Part shown: one piece after another, positions 55,388-64,000 of the stretch
How positions within the stretch are numbered: the stretch's first letter is position 1
How the letters are laid out: each line of letters begins with the position of its first letter
Source: Takakia lepidozioides
Lineage: Eukaryota; Plantae; Bryophyta
NCBI GenBank assembly: GCA_030704615.1
Contig: CM060732.1
Coordinates: forward strand, 65,348,001 to 65,412,000
DNA length: 64,000 nucleotides
Direction: 5' to 3'
Program-made: the position numbers and the translations under genes
Notes under the pieces: model-generated
Told to the model about the DNA's origin: nothing
The model's input: the letters and a program-made list of their open reading frames with translations, nothing else
The model's database searches: none

Positions 55388-56729
55388 CGCGGTAAGGATC
55401 ATTGTGAAGGGTGATTGGAGGGCACAGGCTCCAGGATATGGTAGTTCCACAGGTTTCTTATGCCGCAGTGGTATTTCTGATGATGGAAGCTCGGAGTAGT
55501 CGCTGTACAAAATAAAAACTTGTGGTTGCCTGATGTTTTTATTTCGAGCGTCATGTCAATGTGGGCTTGATGTTGAGTTGAATGGGGTTTGCAAGTTCAA
55601 CTGTCGTCTGACCCTAAATATATTACCTTGTCAGCACAATGGCTTGTGAGGGCTACAATTTTGTGTCTTTTTCCTGTCCTGCACAATGTTTCACAGTGGT
55701 GACGTGGAATAACGGCGCCGAAATACCTCATTCCGCATCCTGGACCAGGAGAAACAGACCCTATTATCGAGGTAAGAGGACATAACACCGTCAATAAAGG
55801 CACGAAAATTCCAATTCCGCGGATGCCCGCTCATGAGCTCATAGGCTCATAGGCTCATGGGCTCATGGGCTCATGAAATAGTAAACCTCATATCCGGATC
55901 GTAAATCCAAAGTGCTAAAGACCTTAGCATGCCCGATGGCATCAAAGATCTCCTCTGGTGTTGGCTTGGCATACTTATCGGACTTGGTCTGAGGATTTAC
56001 AGGCCGGTAATCACCGCACATACGTCTCTCCGTCCAATTGCCATAGACATCCTTTTTGGCTAGCATCACTGTGGCTGAAGCATACTCTCCACCAGAGAGC
56101 TCTACCAAACCTGCCTCCCAGAGATCTTGAGTCCTCATCTGAATCAAAGACCTCTCCATGTCACTGTATCTATAGGGTCTCCGAAAGATTGGCGTGTCAG
56201 TGGCCAACTCAATACGGATCTCTTGACCCTTAAGTGCTCCCAAGTCCTTCAAACTGAAGGCAAAGCAATTCCTGTAAGCCCTCAGGAACCGCCGTATACA
56301 TTGTCTCTCTCCTCCGGTGACAATGGGTCCAATGTCAGGCTCCCAATTGTCCTCCGTAACTGCAACCTTAAGTCCAGTGGGCTTAGAGGTAGAGGACGCG
56401 TCCAGTGGTTGCTATGTTGCAACCTCTTGAGCAGTGTTCCCTACCTGCTCAGTCACTGACAAGGCCTCATTCTGCCCCATCATCTCATCCTCAAGGACTT
56501 CCTCTACCCAAGAAAAATCCCCAACCTCATCCATCACCGCCACCGTGGCTGCCAACTCCCTCTGAACCTCGAGCACCTCCCACGTGTGCCATGGATGCCT
56601 GCACCCTGTGGTCCTCACATGCTCGCCCCCACTCACTGCCTGTACCGTCTCGGTAGGCAGAGAGACCATCGAGGGAAGTGTACTCCGCACTTTGCGTTGC
56701 TCAGCCATAGCCAAGCTGATAATCCAGGT

Positions 56730-57680
56730 CAAGCAATTGAGATCCATTGCTTGCCCCAACATCTGACGACGTGATGCCTCAGAAAGAGACGACACCGCCG
56801 TGGTACCAGTAGTAAAACCCATTGCCTGCTCACGCTCGTCAGCATTAGGCTCCACTAACTGCTGCAACTGAGCATCCCACAGGAGGCCAGGTCCACTATC
56901 CTAGAAAGCATGCGATCCTGGGAAGCTGAGCAGTGTAGCTAATGCTGCTCGTGGTTGACCCACCTTGTTGACCACTGCCAAAGGCGAATGGTCATCGTGT
57001 CTCACATGCTGAGACTGCCTCCCTGTGTCCAGAATGCTATCCACTATGAGATGTGCTGGCCGCTGCACCCCATCAAATGCACGCTTGAGCAGTGCGGGTG
57101 GCATCAAGTTAGTCCACCATAGTCGTGGACGATGAGCCCGTGACCCCACTATAGCTGCATCTAGCAACACTGCTGACCCAAGCCACGACCGGATTTGATG
57201 CACACTGGCCATCACCCTGGCCGGAGAATCGCCCATCAGTGGCACATTCTCCAAGATGTATGCTGGAGATACAGCTTGATGAAGCTGCAAGTGGCGCAAA
57301 ACCCGCACCATCTCCCAAAACAGACCCGACCTCAAGTCTTGCAATCCATTGCCATGCCCGGCTGATGAATGCCCTTGGCAGGGCCAACCTGCCACTACCA
57401 GATCAATGGAGCCAACCCGCTCCAAATCCTGCGCCCCCGGCAACGAAATGTCTGCTGGCAAGGCCTGCTGATATCCACGAACTGCAGACACCGGCAACAA
57501 CTCAGGGTACCGCTGCACCAACTGAGCAACAAGGCAAAGTGAAATGCGTCGTGCAGTCTCATCCCTCTCCACATACAGGTAACGCCGAACTCGTACACCT
57601 GCCTGTAACACAGCAGCCAATCCGGTGCTGATCCCACCAAACAAGTGCAGAAGACAAATGCCTTCATCCGGATACTGCCA
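56730..57680 (-). pseudogene. C5 cytosine DNA methyltransferase domain (DNMT3-like) inside pol
   Basis: Motif I LHLFGGISTG, II YVE, III ADI, IV AGWPCQGHS, V SGLFWE, VI ILENV, VIII RAHRPRLWWTN, IX/X EREQAMGF...RRQMLGQAMD. One in-frame TAG at 56901-56903. Confidence 0.92.
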
Positions 57681-60600
57681 CACAATAGGTGTGGTGTCCA
57701 ATGGAGACAATTGAGGTGGTCCTGGTGCAATCCCCACACTCTCCTCCTCTCCTGATGGTACAAAAGCCTCCACCCAGACTTGTTGCACTCGTCGATCAGC
57801 AACCCGTTGCAAATCCTTGCTCGTGCCCCACAATGGAGTCTGAGCAACCATGGCAGGCAACTCCGCCATACCATACATGTCATCATGCTCTCCCAGAGGT
57901 GGCACATCCTCTGAATGAGCGTTGCCCTCAAGAAACTCTCCAGGCCAACTCACTGCCGCTGTGAATGCTGCTAGTGTCGGTATCTTGCCTCGCTGGGCAA
58001 CCGCAACTCCTCCTATGAACGTCACAGGGAGCTACACATGCCGGCCCTCCCTTGACTGCCATCCAGGCCTATAAGAAGCTGACTCCTCCCAAAAATCCAG
58101 GGTGAAGCCCATGGGGTACAACACTGCCCCACCAACCAGAACATCGTATGAGACCACGTCTGTCACAATGGCCTTGGCTCGCATCACTGAGCCATCTGTA
58201 GGGTGATCCGGCCGTAGTTTGATAGCCAACTAATGCAGTGTCATGCCCCGAGCCTGCTCCGATCCTCCCAGAGACGTCTGTATCTGGAAAGGACAAGGCT
58301 CCATATCCGCCTCTGTGAGGCCCAAGCCTGCAATAGCAGCTCTGCCCAGCATCAATGGCTAAGCTCCCGAGTCCAACAAGACCCACAGTGGCCGATACCT
58401 CTTGCCTGCCGGTCCACTCAAACAGAAAATGCCATCCTGGTTGTCTAACATGACAACTCCAGGTGTCACCATGGCGCGCTCAATGGCTGGCCTAGCTGGC
58501 AGCTCCATCAATCTGGCAGCTGCAGCTTGCCATGGTAGTCTTGACCCTCAAATCCGAGGATCCCTCCGCACCTCCCACTATCTCCGCAGAAGATGAAGTA
58601 ACCTCCCCACTCTCACAGAGTGTAAGGGGTAAGACCAGCTGAGGTGTTCAGGCTGGCAGTCGCAATCATGGTAGCCGAGAACAATGGAGCCTGGCACACA
58701 GATGTGGCCGCTCCCAGCAGCACACTAGCTGCCGTAGCCTTGGCAACACTAGGTAGTGGTGCTACCTGTGTAGCTCTCCCCAATGGCATAGTAACCTCCG
58801 CCTCGGTAATAGTCAGGCGAGAACTAGGTGCCATGGATAGCGTCGACATTGTCTCCGCCAATGTGAATGACTAAGGAAGCCTAGCCTGATGGCTTGCCTC
58901 CCCATGCTGTGGATCCAACTCCACCTCTGCACCTCGTGGCTCAGGAACTCGTGCTACTTCTCGAGTCACGGCTGCAGCAGATTCCACCTGCACTAGTGGT
59001 AGTGCTGCTCCGCACATGAATCCCATGCCTCCCATATCTCCTCCCTCGGGAACAGGAAGTGGACCATCCGGCCTTGGAGCCGGTACCACCTGAGCTGTGG
59101 CCATGGCAGCGAGCCTCTGCTCTAGCTACTGAAGCCGGTTGGCCATGCCTTGGTCAACACCCTGACCTCCGCGTCCTTGGCCATGTCGAGCTTGCCCCTT
59201 GGCCTACACCTCGTGCCTGGCCACCTCGTCCTCTCTGGGCTGCTCCACCTCGCCCCCGGCCACCATTGTTCCCTTGGAACTGGCCTGGGCGCAACTCAGG
59301 ATGCAAACCATAACAATGGGCCTCTCCATGCCCATGCTTGCCACAATGCCCACACTGCAATTGTGCAGGCTGTGCATGTGCCGGCCCTTTGCCTCCCTCT
59401 AGGCAATCCTTCTTGACATGGGGTCCTACACATGTCCAGCACACCACATCCGCCCGTTGTTGGCCTGCAAATGAAGAGAGAGACCCCTGCATCTGAGGTC
59501 CTCTCTGCCCATCTCTGAGCTTCACCTGAGCCTCCTTGTTGCCTTGAGCACGTTGAGGTAGTGGTTGGCTAGGAACACTACTACCCCATGGTGTCTCCTT
59601 AGCAAATCACACCATGACCACTCAATCCTCCACCATATTGAGCTCTATCCGCTCTGCCAGCAAAAACACATTTGCTAAGGTGGGTTGGGCCGCTTGTAGG
59701 AGAGTTGCATCCCGCACTGTTCTCCTCAGCTCCTTGTCCAATATCCCATACCAGAATTGGACTGCCTGAGCTTCCGTAACCCCTATCAAGCACCTCATGC
59801 GAGTGAAAGCCTCCCTCAAGCTCTCAGTAGGCTTCCGTTGGAACTCTTGCAAGCTCCGCAACTTCTCTGTCCTCACCCCTTGGTAGTTCCCTCTCAACTC
59901 TTGGAAGAACTCCACAACAGGATTGAAGGCAGGCACGGGTATTGGTGCTGGTGCGGTAGTGGCTTGGGTGGATGTCGTAGCTATGGTACCACCAGTCCTA
60001 CTAGTCCCACTGCTGCTTGCTGAAGCTGCCGGTGCAGCGGCAGGTGTAGCCACTGCCCTGGTGACTCTAGTGCCCCTAGTGATGGAGACATAGTCGGGTG
60101 ACCAGTTCATCCTCCACTCCTTGATCTCAACCTCATGCCCCCGCCTGAACTCATGGTAATCATCCATAGGCGGCCCCTCAAGGTGCTGAAACAGCCCTTT
60201 CCATGCCATGAAAGGCGTAAATAGTTGTGGATTGCGCATTTGCTGCAAATCACTACAACTATCAAACTCTTGGATAAAATCATCCAACTCGATGGTGCCC
60301 ACCGCCCCAGAGTACCTTCGTGGCCCCTTGGTAGCTCCATACATCTCCTCCATTGTGTCCCACAACAATGGCAAGGAAACAACTTGCACCACCGGTATGA
60401 GTCTTCCTGATTCACAATCCGAATCAGAACCTTCCGTAGAAGACACAGGAGGTGAAGGTGGCATAAACCGCACACCTCGTCTCGTGTACCCACTAGTATC
60501 GCTAGTGCTTGAACCGGCACTGTCCCCAGCAACTAGTGGCACCTCCGTGTTGACACTCAACCGGTCATGAACATGTCCCTAACCCCCTCTCCACAAGGTA

Positions 60601-61294
60601 ACCGGGTAGAGAACATGTTGCGGCTTATGGTTTGGAATACTAAGTTCCTAACATAGCCTACACCTGTACCTGCATCCACCGCAAGCACTCCTATGGTTGG
60701 CTGGTCATCACCTCCAAACTCACCACAGGAGAAACAATGATGGTCTGGCTGGTCATCACCCCAGCCTCACCATCGACAGCATGCTCTAGGACTGGCCGGT
60801 AATCAAATCCGGACCAATCACCTATAAAAACAAGCGCCCACACAAAACTAGCATGGCGCACAGTCAAGCATGCTGGTATGGAGGGGATCCAAACACAAGA
60901 AATCAGAACGACAACTCCCCCACACCAAAAACAACTCCACGGTGTTGCTCTTGCAAGGACACCCTAGCCCAAACCCGGACTGACTCTTGCCTCCACCTAC
61001 GGAAAGGTCTTGGCCTAATGAGAGGGTGGAAACTACGAGGAAGAGAAGCTAAAGCAATGCCTAACCCCAGCATGCCCTCATCCCAACACTCTTCATCTCC
61101 TCTCTTCCCTCACTTGCATGACCATGGGAATATCATGAAGATACTCATCAAACCGCCCTCCACGAGCTTCAAAATTTGGCCTTCAAGACCACATACCAGT
61201 CCTTAGGCAGTCCACCAGTGCCTCCACAAGTCAGCACAGGCGTCCACAGGTCAACACGGGCCACCACAGACCAACACAGGCCCACATAGCTCAC

Positions 61295-62258
61295 TAGTCA
61301 CAGTCGTCACAGCCCCACAGAGGCCACAGCCTGCAACAGCCCTATACAGGTCACAGGGTCACAGCCCCACAGGTCGCAGCCTATCACAGCCTGTCACAGC
61401 CTGTCACAGCCTGTCACAGCCCCAAAGGCCACATGTCACAGCCTATCACAGCCCCTACGGCCACAGGTCACAGCCTGTCACAGCCCATCACAACCCCAAA
61501 GGCCACAGGCACAGCCTGTCACAGCCCTACAAAGGTCACAGGGTCACAGCCCCAAAGGCCACAGCCTGTCACAGCCCCTCACAGCCCGTCACAGTTCGCC
61601 ACAGCCTGTCACAGCCTGTCACAGCCCCTCATAGCCCATCACAGCCCCACAGGCCACAGGGCACAGCCTGTCACAGCCCGTCACAGCCCCACAGGCCACT
61701 GGGCACAGCCTGTCACAGCCCTACACAGGTCACAAGGGTCACAGCCCCAAAGGCCATAGCCCCTCACAGCCCCTCACAGCCCCACAGGCCACAGGGCACA
61801 GCCTGTCACAGCCCCTCACAGCCCATCACAGCGTGTCACAGCCCGTCACAGCCCATCACAGCCCCTCACAGCCCCACATGCCACAAGGCACAGTCTGTCA
61901 CAGCCCACCACAGCCCATCACAGCCCATCACAGCCCACAGGCCACTGGGCACAGCCTGTCACAACCCGTCACAACCCCACAGGGCACAGGGCACAGCCTG
62001 TCATAGCCCGCCACAGCCCATCACAACCCCAAAGGCCACAGGCACAGCTTGTCACAGCCCTACAAAGGTCACAGGGTCACAGCCCCAAAGGCCACAGCCT
62101 GTCACAACTCCTCACAACCCCATAGGCCACAGGGCACAGCCTGTCACAGCCCATCACAGCCCCACAGGCCACAGGGCACAGCCCGTCACAGCCCATCACA
62201 GCGTGTCACAGCCCGTCACAGCCCCACAGGCCACTGGGCACAGCCTGTCACAACCCCT
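61295..62258 (+). repeat. Minisatellite of CACAGCC(T/C)GT / CACAGCCCCA units upstream of gag of the DNMT-gypsy
   Basis: About 1 kb of roughly 10-bp CACAG-containing units with higher-order repeats. Confidence 0.95.
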
Positions 62259-62287
62259 TTGCTTCCTTTCTTGCACCCACCAACCTG

Positions 62288-62550
62288 AAAATACAAGCTT
62301 CAGCGGGCTAGAAGCATGCTCCACACATGCCCTACAAGGAAACCAGCCCCTTCATTCCTTTCTTGCACTCCCAAACCTGAAAGTACAAGCTTTCAAGTGG
62401 CTGAAAGCATGCTCCACACATGCATTGCTCTCACATAAGGGAAGTCAGCCCTTCCCTCTTCCTTGCTTGCCCTCCAAGCTTGAAGTTGGAAGCTTCAATG
62501 AGCTGAATACATGCTCCACACATGCAACCTCTTCACACAAGATGTATCAG
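62288..62550 (+). repeat. Three diverged ~100 bp tandem units (aagcttca...catgctccacacatgc...cagccc)
   Basis: catgctccacacatgc occurs at ~62315, ~62409 and ~62510. Confidence 0.75.
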
Positions 62551-62749
62551 CCCCCTATCTTGGCTCCTTAGCTCCTTGATGCTCTCTAAGACAAGACTAA
62601 GCACTCCACAGCCCTTGTCAAGCTCCTGAAACCCTAAGGCTTACATTTCCAGCCACAAGACACTCCTCTTGTGGTGCAAGAGCTCTTCTTCCAAGCTCTG
62701 AAACCCTAGGTGCACATTCCATGGCCTTGCCGCACCTCTTAGCTCCGGC

Positions 62750-64000
62750 CCAATTTTTCCACGAGGCCAATATTGCGTTCAATGTCTCGAGACTTCCTGC
62801 GTTTGTGGCTGCTGTCAAAGCCACGTCCGATTCCAAATCCACATACACACCTCCGAGTTATCGCGATCTCCGCACATGATTGCTAGAATAGGCTATGTCT
62901 GACCTCACCCAAAAGGTGAATGAAAAGCCAGGTGATTCTCTCCGGAAATATGGAAGCACTATATGTGTGGATGGTTGGAGTTCTGTTACTAATCGACCAC
63001 TGTTCAATGTCATGCTGGTCTGTCTTGCGGGGGAATAATTTTTGGGATCCGTTGACACAAGCGGGGAGAGAAAAGATGCACGTTACCAAGCAGGGTTGTT
63101 GACGAGTTACATCGATAAAATTGGAGCTGATAAAATTGTCCAAATGTGCACGGACAATGCATCTAACATGGTTAATATGGCCGATATTTTGATGGTACAA
63201 TATCCCCATCTATATTACCAAGGGTGTGCTGCTCATATCTTTGATCTCCTTTTGGAGGATTGGGGAAAAGAATCATGGATGAAACAACTAGTAAAAATGG
63301 CAAAGTCGGTTGTGACGTTCATTCGTACACATCACATCCCTCTGGCATTGTTTAGAAAGCATAAACCCAAATACAGCCTTAGGAACCCGGGTGAAACCCG
63401 CTTTGCCACAAACTTTTTGATGGTGGATCGACTGGTGACTGTGAGGGCGGGTCTGGAGCAGGTGATCATTGACCCTCAATGGGATGCGTATGTGGGCACC
63501 TTACGCGACTCTCGTAAGTCCAAGTCTTTGAGCAAAAGTCGGACGGTCCGCGCAATCATTCGCTCCGACGATTTCTGGGCGAAATGTGCAAATTTTGTGT
63601 ACATGGTGGAGCCGGTGTTGATTGCTTTGCGGGAGTTTGATGGAAAACAACCAATAATGGATAAAGCATGGTTGATATTGGAAAACCTTGAGAAGCACGT
63701 GCAATCCTTGAGGCGTCCTCCATTTTCTATGGACGATGATTTGGCGGCAAGGACCGAGGATGCATTTTACGACCGCAAACAGATGGTTCGCATGGACTTG
63801 CATTATGCGGGGGCCTTGCTGAATCCATTCTTGCTGGACAATACTGATTTGAGAGACGATGTGGATGCCAAAGCCGGGCTTGTACGGGTCATCATGCAAC
63901 TTGCGCCCTTGAACATGGCAGAGCGAGCGTTGTCCGAGTACCAGTGCTTCTCGGATCGGCAGAATCATTTCCATAACATACAGGATCCAAAAATAATAAA
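62750..64000 (+). pseudogene. hAT-family transposase (DUF659 type), 5'-truncated, runs off the window
   Basis: FFHEANIAFNV...YTPPSY...TICVDGWSSVTNRPLFNVM...VQMCTDNASNM...QGCAAHIFDLLLED...PGETRFATNF...LHYAGALLNP. In-frame stops near 62877, 62889 and 63037. Confidence 0.92.

Larger units (their letters stand above)
41875..55889. mobile_element. ~14 kb Mutator-like (MULE) DNA transposon with TIRs and cargo genes
   Basis: Left CATGAGCTCATGAGCGGGCAT (41877-41897) is the reverse complement of right ATGCCCGCTCATGAGCTCAT (55823-55842). The right TIR continues as 8-bp GGCTCAT(A/G) units to ...GAAATAGTAAACCTC 55889, where the gypsy RT frame is broken. It contains a MULE-type transposase and an element-specific palindrome throughout. 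Confidence 0.82.
55890..62745 (-). mobile_element. Ty3/gypsy retrotransposon carrying a C5 DNA methyltransferase (gag-ZnK-PR-DNMT-RT); RT cut by the MULE
   Basis: Gag 59622-60560; two CCHC knuckles (CWTCVGPHVKKDC, CGHCGKHGHGEAHC); protease LLDSGA (~58370); DNMT 56730-57680; RT PIFRRPYRYS...RRMCGDYRPVN...FSTLDLRSGY ending at 55890. No clean LTR end or PBS was recognised on the right, so that boundary is approximate. Confidence 0.88.

Noticed and set aside
60570-62745. 5' LTR and PBS of the DNMT-gypsy
   Set aside because: No TG...CA boundaries or tRNA-complementary PBS were recognised. The region abuts mid-hAT coding sequence, so it is treated as a truncated upstream region.

Overview
Eukaryotic nuclear DNA from a land plant, probably a bryophyte or other non-seed plant (inferred from gene content, GT-AG introns and TE types). 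The first ~27 kb is host genic sequence: the 3' part of an intron-rich DExH-box RNA helicase (+, DExH4/DExH7-like), a ubiquitin-RUB/NEDD8 fusion gene (+), a degenerate spliced gene joining a retroelement Gag-like domain to an archaeal-type RNase HI domain (-), and a 2OG-Fe(II) dioxygenase with a frameshifting lesion (-). From ~29.7 kb to the end is a nested transposon stack. It holds two copies of a non-chromovirus Ty3/gypsy element with an extra ORF before gag, a ~14 kb TIR-bounded Mutator-like element, a second Ty3/gypsy family with a C5 cytosine methyltransferase between protease and RT, and a decayed hAT transposase. The most unusual part is the Mutator-like element. It carries a spliced gene with a ParB/Srx-like N-terminal domain and a beta-class N6-adenine/N4-cytosine methyltransferase-like C-terminal domain. 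It is also covered in a palindrome (core ATTTCGGCGCCGAAAT) arranged at helically phased spacings of about 53, 63 or 74 bp. Most TE ORFs contain stops or frameshifts, and some indels may be assembly errors. All domain calls are motif recognition by eye and need HMM or structure confirmation.
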